In this document: piece by piece, positions 12,745 to 23,095 of the stretch
Numbering within the stretch: position 1 is the stretch's first letter
Layout of the letters: the number at the start of each line of letters is the position of its first letter
Source: Chiloscyllium plagiosum
Lineage: Eukaryota
DNA: 64,000 bases
Assembly: GCF_004010195.1 (NCBI RefSeq)
Contig: NC_057718.1
Span: 7,732,707 to 7,796,706 of the forward strand
Direction of reading: 5' to 3'
Made by a program: the position numbers and the translations under genes
The notes under the pieces: model-generated
Told to the model about the DNA's origin: nothing
Database searches by the model: none
What the model saw: only the letters and a program-made list of their open reading frames with translations

Positions 12745-12868
12745 TAAAGTCAGAAGTCACATGACATCAGGTTATAGTCCGACAGGCTTATTTGAAATCA
12801 CAAGTTTTCGGAACGCTGCCCCTTTGTCAGGTGCACTATAACCTAGTGTCGTGTGACTTCTGACTCAG
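12745..12868 (-). mobile_element. Family C Penelope-type element with inverted arm and degenerate hammerhead
   Basis: Minus strand CTGACAA-A-GGGGC(AGC)GTTCC-GAAAACTT at 12802-12830; flanking inverted repeats agtcagaagtcacatgac / gtcgtgtgacttctgact. Confidence 0.6.
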
Positions 12869-12996
12869 TCTGTGACAGATTGTAGAATTTGACTTTGAGA
12901 TTAAGGAGAGAGGTGATGTGGAGACACTCTTGTGCAGAGGCGGATAAGTTGTCAGCAGGTAACTGGCTCACTCACCGAACTTCTCTCCCTTTTCAG

Positions 12997-13934
12997 GAAT
13001 CCCGGAAGAGCCTGAGAAGGATGCGTTGGGTGACGTTCCAGTCCGGCATCAGTTTTCCGATCCGGAAGAATCCGACGGAGCGGAGGAGGAGGCAGACGAA
13101 GACGACGATGATGAGGATGACGACGATGAAGATCGCCAAGGCGACAGCACTCCAACCACCAGGTCACGAAGCACGAGCCCACTCCCACGTCACTCCAGAG
13201 CACCCTCAGGCACTTTTGGCATCACCTCATCCTCCGCGTTCGACGTGTCGCCCTCGACAAACCAGTCTTCCCTCATCAGCTACTTGGTGACACTACCCAG
13301 GATCCAAGCGACTCAATTCATGCCACCCAGTTACTCGCACGTGGGGACTCCACTGACAGACTACCCGAGACACTTGCAGAGCAGGTTGGCAGAGTCAGCC
13401 GAGCACAAAGACAGACTGGACATCCCGACGCCCCCCAACGTGTGGCTGGCACGCACCAGCGATGACACGTCTTCGAGAGAAGATAGCTCCAGAGAGGTGT
13501 CCCCCTCAGGAGACACAGGCTCGAGCGCTCACCCGTCGCCGGCCTACGAAGGTTCCCCGGGCAGCGACCCCTCCCCCACTCCGCGAAGGTACTTATCTCC
13601 GAGGAGGGAGCTCTCCCCCAGACGGCACTTGTCCCCGCGGAGGGAGATTTCACCAATTCGGCACCGCTCGCCAAAGAGGGACACCTACCTGAGTGAGTTC
13701 TGCCTGAGGCGAGATGCTTCCCCACGCCGTCCCTTCCTCCAGAGGAGGGAGATCCAGTCTCCAAGGCAGCTGTCCCCCGTCAAAGACCTCTCCCCGAGGA
13801 GGGAATTGTCGCCAAGGAGGGACTACAGAGACAGGAGGCACATGCCTTTGGTGAGAGCGACATCGCCTAGGCGGGGCTGCCTTCAGGGTGGCACCATCGT
13901 AGGTCCATATGTGCAGCATTCAGACCTGAGTCTG
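12997..13934 (+). CDS. HIVEP2: HIVEP exon: acidic tract, Ser/Thr-rich region and SPRR/SPxR repeats
   Basis: Acceptor ttttcAG at 12995-12996, donor GTGAGT at 13935 (phase 0). Motifs HQFSDxEESDG, TRSRSTSP, SSLISYLVTLP, KDRLDIP and LSPRRHLSPRR match HIVEP2 as I recall it. Confidence 0.9.
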
Positions 13935-14019
13935 GTGAGTATTCACACTGACCCAACACACTCCGTTAAAGAGTCACATTTTCACAATGAGGTGTCTAAA
14001 ACGATGCAGTTTTACTGTG

Positions 14020-14510
14020 TTCGATTTGATTTGATTTCTTGTAGTCGCATGTACAGGTCGTTCTCCTATAACGCGATGGCTGTGTTCTTGTGCAACCCCA
14101 TATTGTAGACAAACAGCTCGTTGGAAACAGCGTGTAAAGTGTTGATGCTGTAATCGCAACACACATTTTAAAAGTTTGCACTTTAGAAACAGCGTCCCCG
14201 ATTCGTCAATCGCAAGTTCACATTAACGAAACACACGTTGTAGCAGAACAAGTTGTACCTAAATACAGTGCAAAGTTTTGTTTTGCGAGCAATACAGGCA
14301 GATCATAGCAAACAAGGACATACATATCATAGGGTGCTGAGACAGAGTGAGGCATACAGCTGCACAGAAGGGGCATGAGGCATGATCAATATTATATGAA
14401 GTTAGAGAGGGCCATTCGTCAGTCTAATAACGGCAGGGAAGAAGCTGTTCTTCAACCTGTTGATGGGTATGTTCAAATCTCTGTATCTTCTGCCTGATGG
14501 AAGAGCAAAT
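14020..14510 (-). mobile_element. Rex1/Babar-type LINE 3' end
   Basis: Minus strand reads LPSGRRYRDLNIPINRLKNSFFPAVIRL, matching the LPSGRRYR...SF.P.AIRL C-terminal motif; (caaat)n tail. Confidence 0.65.
14054..14255. mobile_element. Tc1/mariner (Tigger-like) MITE nested in the Rex1 fragment
   Basis: TA|caggtcgttctcctataacgcg ... cacgttgtagcagaacaagttg|TA: imperfect 22-bp TIRs with TA on both sides. Confidence 0.7.
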
Positions 14511-14894
14511 TCTACACCTTAAGGCCCATGTAGCTGAGGGTACAGCCTCCGAAAAAAATTGAATCAAATCGATCGTACACAGGAGGGTAAAGTTGCGAGA
14601 TTGGGGGGTGCATATTTTGGATGGTTGTATGGCTGGAGGCGAATACAGAGGGCAGAAAAGGCTGGGAAAAAATTCAAACGCAAAAGGGGAATTCCAGATT
14701 ATGAGGGATTGCTGTGGTGGGAGCCAGCTTTGGTTAGTGAGCACAGCAATGAGTGATGGGTGAACAAGGCATGATGCTGAGAGTTCTGGCAATGCAGTTT
14801 AATTCAGCAGGAACTTCAAAATGGAAAATTTAAATTCCATTATGGCACAAGAAGTCAGTACGAAAAATCCATCAGCTATAACGCCCAGGTCTGG

Positions 14895-15552
14895 CAGAGG
14901 GTCAGTACTGAGGGAGTGTAGCACTGTCAGAGGGTCAGCACTGAGGGAGTGCAACACTGTCAGAGGGTCAGCACTGAGGGAGTACAGCACTGTCAGAGGG
15001 TCAGCACTGAGAGAGTACAGCACTGTCAGAGGGTCAGCACTGAGAGAGTGCAACACTGTCAGAGGGTCAGCATTGAGGCTGCACTGCACTGTCGGAGGAT
15101 CAGTGCTGAGGGAGTGCCGCACCGTTGGAGGGTCAGTACTAAGGGGATTGTTGCACTGCCGGAGGGTCAGTGCTGAGGGATTGCCGCACTGCCGGAGGGT
15201 CAGTGCTGAGGGAGTGCTGCACTGTCGGAGGGTCAGTGCTGAAGGAGTGCTGCACTGTTGGAGGGTCAGTACTGAGGGAGCGCCGCACTGTCAGAAGGTC
15301 AGTACTGAGACACTGCCACATTGTCAGAGGGTCAGTGCTAAGGGAGTGCTGCACTGTCGATGGGTCAGTGCTGAGGGAGTGCTGCATTGTCGGAGGGTCA
15401 GTGCTGAGGGAGTGCCGCACTGTCGGAGGGTCAGTGCTGAGGGTGTGTTGCACAGTCGGAGGGTCAGTGCTGAGGGAGTGTTGCACTGTCGGAGGGTCAG
15501 TGCTGAGGGAGTGCCGCACTGTTGGAGGGTCAGTGCTAAGGAAGTGCTGCAT
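14895..15552. repeat. 33-bp minisatellite (gagggtcagtgctgagggagtgccgcactgtcg), about 20 copies
   Basis: Clear tandem unit; generates the 11-aa periodic spurious ORFs in several frames. Confidence 0.95.
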
Positions 15553-18009
15553 TAAGTGATGTCCTATAGTTGAGAAGTGGTGTTGTATTAATGCAAAGAA
15601 TTTGTAAATACAAGCTTTCTCCTGTATTCCCCAGTGGATTTATTCACGGCTGCCTTAGCTGCCTCTGGTGTAACCTGTAAGTGTAAACAGTTGCTCTACA
15701 TCCGTACCCTTGCACCCTTTCAACATTGTCTTTGGGTCACATTCCCACATTTCCCTTAATTGTGAAAAAGAGCCAGTGGGCTCAGTCTTTCCCGATGTTC
15801 TAACCGGTGAATTCCGCTCGTCTGTGCTTATGGTGAATATGAAAACCCTCCTCATCGGATAAAAGTCACATAAAATGTAATTCATAATTAAATGCTGCAA
15901 ATGTTTTATTTCTCTTTTTCCAGGGGCTTGTATAAAGTAATAGCACCTTCAACATGACAATATTGACTGGTTGTTAATCAGCTTATATAAGATGGGAATA
16001 AAAATAAGAATTTAAAGTAGCTCTGAGGAAGAGTTGGAAGAGCGGTAACAGCGCAGACTGAGATGAGATTTATCTGTGTAAAATCATGAAGGGGACTAGG
16101 TCATGTGATGAGGAGAGCCCTAGCTCCCTCAGAAATCAGACAAGTCAAAAATCAGTTCAGACCCGGATTAGTGGGGAATAGACCATTTGGGACTGTGATG
16201 AGGAAACATCTTTCACCCAGATGGTAGTCAGCCTGTGGAACGTACTACTAGCGTAGGCTGGGTTACTGAGTGTATCCTGGAAGGCAGCGTGGGAGATGCC
16301 AAGAACTACAGCATTGAAATAGAAGATTAGCCGTGATCAAAGTCATAGTCACACAGCATGGAAACAGACCCTTTGGTCCAACTCGTCCGTGCTGACCGTG
16401 TTCCCAAACTAAACTGAACTAAAGTCCCACCTGCCTGCGCTTGGCACATATCCCTCCAAATGTTTCCTATACATGGACTTGTACAAATGTCTTTTAAAAT
16501 GTTGTAACTATACCCGCATCCAGCACTTATAGAGTCATAGAGATCTACAGCACAGAAACAGGCCCTTCAACCCAACTGATCCATATTGATCCATGGTCCC
16601 ATTTTCTTGTGTTTGGACCCTATCCCTCCATACCATCCATGTGCCTGTCTAAGCGTTTCTTAAATGACCAAATTAGACTCACCTCCCCAACTGGTGGAGC
16701 AGACTCGAAGGGCCGAATGTCCAATTCTGGCCCTTAATTTCCAGGATTGTGGTTATGAGTTGAGGAGGATTTCATCTTTCATCTAGACGTGAGAAGGGGA
16801 TCTGGAATTCACTGGCTGAAAGATATCAAGCAGGCAGAAACCCTTAACTCGAAACTCACAGTTATCTGGCACCTTTAAGAGCTGTAACTACCAGGGCTAC
16901 AGACTAAATGCTGGAACGTGGGATTAGTAGCGAGCATGATGGGCTGAATAGCCTCCAAGGAGAAGGGACAGGAAGCTCCCTTGAGTGTGAATGTGACCCT
17001 GAAGCAGCGCTCTCAACAGCTGGGGGTCGGATATCCGATTGTGGAATGACGACTGAGAGAGGCTGCTGCAGATATTTTCGAATTAGTCAGTTGTGGAGAT
17101 GTTAAGACACACAACTGCATTAGGTAGTCAATGAACCCGGTCCTCCTGGCTCAGAGATAGGGACACCACCCCTTCGCTTCAGGAGCCCTTGAGATTGGTC
17201 GATGCATCTGCTTTGCAGTTGGGAACTCAACCAGGAAAGTGAGCTGACCATCGAGATTCACGATCGTATTCCTGCGATTGTTAACTCATTATCGTAGACT
17301 AACAATGTGACAAGTGAACCTGTGTTACTATTTGCAATTAGAGCTCTTTCGCCCTTCAGGTACTTGCCTTTGCTAATCGCTGGGGCCGCCTTTATTTATT
17401 CATTTTGTGGGATGTGGGCGTCGCTGGTGGATGTGGCGCCAGTCAAGTGGGGACTAGGTGGTATCAAGCTTCTTGAGCATTATTGGGGCTGCACCCATCC
17501 AGGGCAAGTGGGGAGTATTCCATCAGACTCCTGACTTGTGGATGGTGGACAGGCTTTCAGGAGTCAGGAAGTGAGTTACTCGCAGTTGCTCTCCTTAGCA
17601 ACTAACTCCCCTCACTCTGTCAGCATGTCCACCTATCCCTGTCTCCCTCACAAACTCATAGAGCATCCCTTGGCACTCATCTGTGCTCCTGACTTCAACC
17701 TACTCTGCATAGTACAGTCCCAGTGCCAAATCGCATCTTGCTCTGCACTGCCACATTTGGAGACCAGTGGGCACTGCAAGGCCTGGACTAAGGCGTCACC
17801 CAGAGAGTATTATTTTTGGTTTAATAAGTTTGCCTTAATTGTTTTTTGTAGGTTTCTGTTATCCATTTGATTGTCCTGTTGTTACGGTACCCCATTGGCA
17901 GCTGTCCAACCTGGTTATACTTCAGAGTACAAACAGGCCATTCAGCCCCAAATGGTTTTCCTATCTCTGCTTTAGCTGAGCTGGTCAACATAATTGCTTG
18001 ATTTCCATA

Positions 18010-18320
18010 TAATTCATACAGTGGAAACAGGCCATTCAGCCCAACAAGTCCACACTGACCCTCCAAAAACCATCCCACCCAGACCCAACCCTGTATTTCC
18101 TGTGACTAACGCAGCTAACCTGCACATCATACGCAATTTAGATTGGTCAATCACCCTAACCTGCACATCTTTGGGCTGTGGAAGGAAACCGGAGCAAACC
18201 CACACAGACGCAGGGAGAACGTGCTAACTCCACGTAGACAGCCACCCTGAGGGTAGAATTGAACCCGGGTCCCTGATGCTGTGAGGCAGCAGTGCTAACC
18301 ACTGAGCCACCGTACCACCC
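18010..18320 (-). mobile_element. HE1-type SINE
   Basis: Reverse complement of the HE1 consensus. Confidence 0.85.
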
Positions 18321-18778
18321 AGATTTTTTTTAAGGGGTTTTAAAATAAGACATTTGTTGTTGTTGTTTCGAAGAAGACGCCCTCTTTCCAGCCATGAAAT
18401 TGTGAAGAGAAAAAAGAACGAGAGGGAAGGGATAAAAATTCTGTCAAAGAGGGCGTGTGACCCCCATCGAGGTTATTTATTTATTCTCTTCCCCTCCCAA
18501 CAAATAACCCTCAGCTTTCGATTTGCTTGCCCCCTTTGCTCCCATCTGAGGCCTCTTCCTCCTAAAATGGCAGGTGCTCCCACCTCCCCTCACTCACTCA
18601 TTTATTGAAGCATAATTGATAAGTGGGGGTTTGGGATACCCTACCCTCACAAAATACGGCATTTATCTCATGGAAGGAGAATCCAATGGGAGTGTGAGCA
18701 AGGGCTACACTGGGCTCTGGGTTCCTTTTAAACTGTCTTTCTATTTACGTTTGGAATTTTCCTTTTGAAAATTTGCAG

Positions 18779-19429
18779 AGACCATCTCACCAGAATCCAT
18801 TGGACAGCAGCAGAATGGTTCCCTGGCCGTCATATCCTGTGTGTGAAACTGCCCAAGGAGACCAAAGCCATGCCATCCTTCCCAATGGGCCTCAGGGCTG
18901 CCTCTTCAGCCACCTTCCATTGCACTCACAGCAACAAGTGCGGGCCCCATACCAGATGATCCCCATTGGAGGCATCCAGATGGTCCATTCTGGAGATGTC
19001 CCTCTGCCTGGGCCGCTGCCGGCGCCTCAGCTCCCCCTGGGGGCCAGGAGGAGGGAGGAAAGCGTCATCGACGAGGCCACCCACTGCGTCATCGAGAGCA
19101 TCAAGGAGATGGACATCTTCTCCAAGTCCGAGGACGTGCAGATTGAGTCCCCAATGGCTGTGTCGCCCCCCCGGCCGACCAGCCCCACCGATCCCCTCGG
19201 GGCTGAGGTGTTGGGGGGCACCGGTGAGGAGGGGGTGCGCGGTCGGATGGCGGAGCAGCGGACGTTGCAGGGCCCTCTCGCTCCCAGCAGGGGGCACAGT
19301 GAGCACCCAGTCCCTCCTGGTCAGGAGGGCGAGGAGTTTCGATCTCCAGCAGAGGAAGGGGAGAGGGCCGGGAGGGCAGGATGCCCCCCGGGCAGTTGGG
19401 CCTGGGGCATTTCAGCAAGTCCACCTTGA
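18779..19429 (+). CDS. HIVEP2: HIVEP terminal coding exon (contains [28 protein letters not shown]), stop TGA 19427-19429
   Basis: Acceptor tttgcAG at 18777-18778, phase 0 matching the upstream donor. FSHLPLHSQ...PIGGIQMV is the conserved HIVEP C-terminal motif. Confidence 0.88.
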   Translation, partial: RPSHQNPLDSSRMVPWPSYPVCETAQGDQSHAILPNGPQGCLFSHLPLHSQQQVRAPYQMIPIGGIQMVHSGDVPLPGPLPAPQLPLGARRREESVIDEATHCVIESIKEMDIFSKSEDVQIESPMAVSPPRPTSPTDPLGAEVLGGTGEEGVRGRMAEQRTLQGPLAPSRGHSEHPVPPGQEGEEFRSPAEEGERAGRAGCPPGSWAWGISASPP

Positions 19430-20621
19430 AAACCATTGGGTGATTGGAAACAACCACCAGGAGTAACTGGTACTCACGTTGAAAGGAGCGAGAGAGAAAG
19501 ACAGAGCATGAGAGAGAGATTGTCAGACAGAAAGCCTGGGCAGGAGACATTGACTGAAACCACTGGTGGGGCAATGGAGGGGGACAATTAAGGCACAGTG
19601 CCACAAAATACCCTCCCGGCTGGATTCCCAGTGAAGGCAAGAGTTTGGGAAGGAAGGAGAGCATGCTGAAACCTTTGTCTATCTGTGGTCTAGACTTTGA
19701 ACACGTAAAATATTTGAAAATATTTTCTATTTGTCCGTGAGATGAAACAAAAAACCCCGACCAAAACCAAGTTCCTTCTGTTGTCCTCGTTAAGTATTTT
19801 ATTTTTTTTAAGAAGGTGTTGCAGATATTTTGTGCCTTTTATTTTTGCTCAAACTCCTGTATGCATTACAAAGGAAGGGGAGAAATTGTACATATTTTAG
19901 AATTTTGTGTACATGGCTTTAATATTTGTGATGTTTTCTTTTCAGAGCACTTGTTTTGGTGGGAGGGGTGGGGGGTTTCGTCTTGAATTATGTGAATGCT
20001 CCGAAACGGTTTATTTTTATGGGTTTTGGGTGAGGGGGTGAAGTATCATGTGAGGTTGCACTAAAAATGTATTTTTATACAATTGAACTACTCTTATGTA
20101 CAGCAATGATTCTGTGATACTAATATTTATTACTTTTTGTTTTGTTTTATAACTTGCAGAAGTTCTGATCCTCTCTCTAATTGTAGGCACCTCTGACATG
20201 AAGCATGGGATTTGTCTTTTTTCTGGTTTGCGGGAGTTAGAACAAAGATTTGTAACGCTGTAAATTGTTTGCTGCTGAGATTCCGAGGGGTGGGCATTGC
20301 TATCAGACGTGACTCCCCCCTCTCCTTCGGAAAGATCAAACCATTACGAATAATTCCTCTTTGGTTTCAGTTCCAGCAGCCGGTGCTGGTTTTGTGGGGT
20401 TGTCAGGGAAGAGAGAAGCAAAAGGTAATTGAGGGAAGACCTGACAGAGCACGAACATTTGAGGTAGAGATCTTTTCCCCCTTTCCCCCTTTCCCCCCAG
20501 TTGTCTGTCCCTCTTTTCTTCCTTGTCTGCTCACCAACTGCTCTTCATTGTCTCCTGCTGTCCTTAAGAAGCCCCAGCGTCTCCACATCCCATTGAAAAA
20601 TCCTCCCTCAGCCCTCCCAGA

Positions 20622-20811
20622 GTCAAAGCGTGCAGTGCTGGAACAGCTGGTCAGGCAGCATCTGAGGACAGGAGAGGCCTTGGTGATGGGCTTATGCCCA
20701 AAACCTTGACCGTCCTGCTTCTCCAATACTGCCTGACCAGCTGTGCTTTTCCAGCACCACACCTTTTGACTCTGATCTCCAGCATCTGCAGTCCTCATTT
20801 TCTCCTCGTTG
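20622..20811 (+). mobile_element. Family A Penelope-type element with inverted arm, inside the HIVEP 3'UTR
   Basis: Perfect 14-bp TSD TCAGCCCTCCCAGA (20608-20621, 20812-20825); degenerate hammerhead gtgatgggcttatgcccaaaacc. Confidence 0.75.
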
Positions 20812-20919
20812 TCAGCCCTCCCAGACCCTAGCTCCCTTACAGGATTTTCCCTGTCAAGATGACTGAGATAGACAACACAGTTGAATAGCCTGAGATGGAA
20901 GGGGTAACCCTTACCTCCT

Positions 20920-21030
20920 CACAGACACGGGGAGAATGTGCAAGCTCCACACGGACAGTCACCCGAGGCTGGAATCGAACCCGGGTCCCTGGCGCTGTGA
21001 GGCAGCAGCACTGAGCCACCGTGCCGCCCC
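20920..21030 (-). mobile_element. HE1 SINE 5' fragment in the 3'UTR
   Basis: cagacacggggagaatgtgcaagctccacac...ctgagccaccgtgccgcccc. Confidence 0.8.
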
Positions 21031-21787
21031 AGCTGTGAAAAGCCAGGCCAGAAATCTGTGCAAATAAGATCAATTTATTTTTTAAAACTGTAAGTCCTTC
21101 AGGAGCATGGTTAAGTTTGTTAAATCGGGATATCAGACGGTATTGCCCACTCCTTTTTTTATATATATAGAGATCTAAAAATGTTTTTTTTAAAAATGAC
21201 GTACCGTGATTATGCACTTAAAAAGACAATAGATTGAAAACCGAAGAATGCATATGATGTAATCATTTGTTTGAATTAAATTTTTTATCCAGACTGTTGT
21301 CGTATTCATTATAAATGAAGTGCTTACTGGTAATTTTAAAATATAATACTGTTTAGCATTAATTGAATTGTATCTGGCTGGTGTACATCTTTTATGCCTT
21401 TGTGAAGGTTTAAAACAAAAAAAAAAGATATTTTAAACTTACATGTGAATATTTTTTGTGTGCTGTGCTTGATACATTTAGCAGAGACGGAAAATACATT
21501 CCAAAAAACCTGTACATATTGTATATTCCAAGTGAGTTATCTGTGTAATTCTTTTGTGTAATTACTCATAAACGGACACTGTCACCACATTTCCTGTTTT
21601 CACACTTAACTGTACAGCAAAGACTTGAAGAACAAGTGTGATAAAAAGCACAGCCCTGTCATTTTAAACAAGATATTCTATATAAATATATATATATATA
21701 TTATATATATGGGGTTGGGTGGGAGAGGGGTGGTAGGGTTGGGGGTAGAACCCTTTTGGAAAATGTGTGTATGTGACGTTCAGTGCA

Positions 21788-21793
21788 AATAAA
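21788..21793 (+). terminator. Polyadenylation signal AATAAA
   Basis: Canonical hexamer at the end of the U-rich UTR, with downstream GU-rich sequence (tgctgtgttcagttgtggtttc). Confidence 0.65.
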
Positions 21794-21984
21794 ATGTGCA
21801 GTGGTATTATCTGCTGTGTTCAGTTGTGGTTTCTGCAGGGTTACAGTGTGGAACCCAAGGTGATCCTATTGTCCTGGCTGGCAATATCTTGGACCGTGAG
21901 TTTTGGCTCATGTCATTGTTCAGGACCTGGGCATCGTGAGGAACATCATTTACAAGTTTGCCAACAGGCAGCAGTTTTTTTGTA

Positions 21985-22200
21985 ATAGAAATAGAAATTG
22001 CTGGAAAAGCCTAGCAGGTCTGGCAGCATCTGTGCAGAGAAATCAGAGTTAACGTTTCGGATCGACTGACCCTCCCTCAGAACGGTTCTGAGGGAGGGTC
22101 ACTCGACCCGAAACATTAACTCTGATTTCTCTCCACAGATGCTGCCAGACCTGCTGAGCTTTTCCAGCAGTTTCTATTTCTTTTTCTGATTTACAGCCTC
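21985..22200. mobile_element. Palindromic family B element with two outward-facing hammerhead-like motifs
   Basis: ~95-bp inverted arms centred at 22084; each arm reads CTGAGGG-A-GGGTC(4 nt)GA(C/T)CC-GAAAC(G/A)TTAAC. Confidence 0.8.
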
Positions 22201-22384
22201 AGGAGTTGCTTTGATCTTCAGCGAGTTTTCTGTGTTGGAGTGTGGAGCAGAGTAGGAGATCTCGAGGGGACATGGAGTGGTGGATAACGTGCTGGGATGA
22301 TGTGGCAGATATAATTTACTGCAGAACAGCATGAGGCGATACATTTTGGTGAGAGGAATGAGAAAAAAAAAGTAAGCCAAACAA

Positions 22385-23095
22385 AAAGACCTTGGAGTGC
22401 AGGTTCATAGCACCTTGAAAGCAGAGTCCCAGGTAGACAGGATAGTGAAGAAGGTGTGTGGTATACTTGCCTTTATTGGTCAGTGTATTGAGTATAGGAG
22501 TTGGAATGTCATATTGCGGCTTTACAGGACATTGATTAGGCCACTTTTGGAATACTGTGTGCAATTCTGGTCTCCCTGCTACAGGAAAGATGTTGTGAAA
22601 CTTGAAAGGGTTCAGAAAAGATTTACAAGGATGTTACCAGGGTTGGAGGGTTTGAGCTACAGGAAGGGGCTGAATAGGCTGGGGCTGTTTTCCCTGGAGC
22701 ATCGGAGACTGAGGGGTGATCTTACAGAGCTTTATAAAATCATGAGGGGCATGGAAAGGGTGAACATCCAAGGTCTTTTTCCCCAGGTTATGGGACTCCA
22801 GAACTAGAGGGCATAGATTTAAGATGAGAGGGGAGAGACTTAAAAGGGATCTGAGGGATAACCTTTTCACGCGGAGGGTCGTACATGTACAGAATGAGTT
22901 GGTTGAGGAAGTGGTGGAGGCTTGTACAATTGCAGCATCTAAACGGCATCTGGATGGGTATATGAATAGGAAGGATTTAGAGGCATATGGGCCAAGTGCT
23001 GGTTAATGGGATTAGATTAATTTAGGATATCTGGTTGGCATGGAGGAGTTAGCAGAAAGGGTCTCTTTCCATGCTGTACATCTCTATGACTCTAA
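22385..23095 (+). mobile_element. CR1/HER1 LINE 3' end
   Basis: ORF 22397-22807 LYRTLIRPLLEYCVQFWSP...; ctctatgactct tail. Confidence 0.9.

Larger units (their letters stand above)
19430..21815 (+). other. Probable 3'UTR of the HIVEP gene
   Basis: Long U/A-rich blocks after the stop (19690-20290, 21060-21710), TGTACATA motifs at 19887 and 21511, ending at AATAAA 21788 followed by GT-rich sequence. Confidence 0.7.

Noticed and set aside
13318..13919. Antisense ORFs over HIVEP exons (also 18926-19664)
   Set aside because: Expected shadow frames of GC-rich coding sequence.
13935..14108. Extension of the 360-aa ORF beyond 13934
   Set aside because: Strong GTGAGT donor at 13935; the downstream sequence is intronic and includes a MITE.
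14799..15559. Long Cys/His-rich ORFs (up to 244 aa) on both strands
   Set aside because: Products of the 33-bp minisatellite, with no splice or domain support.
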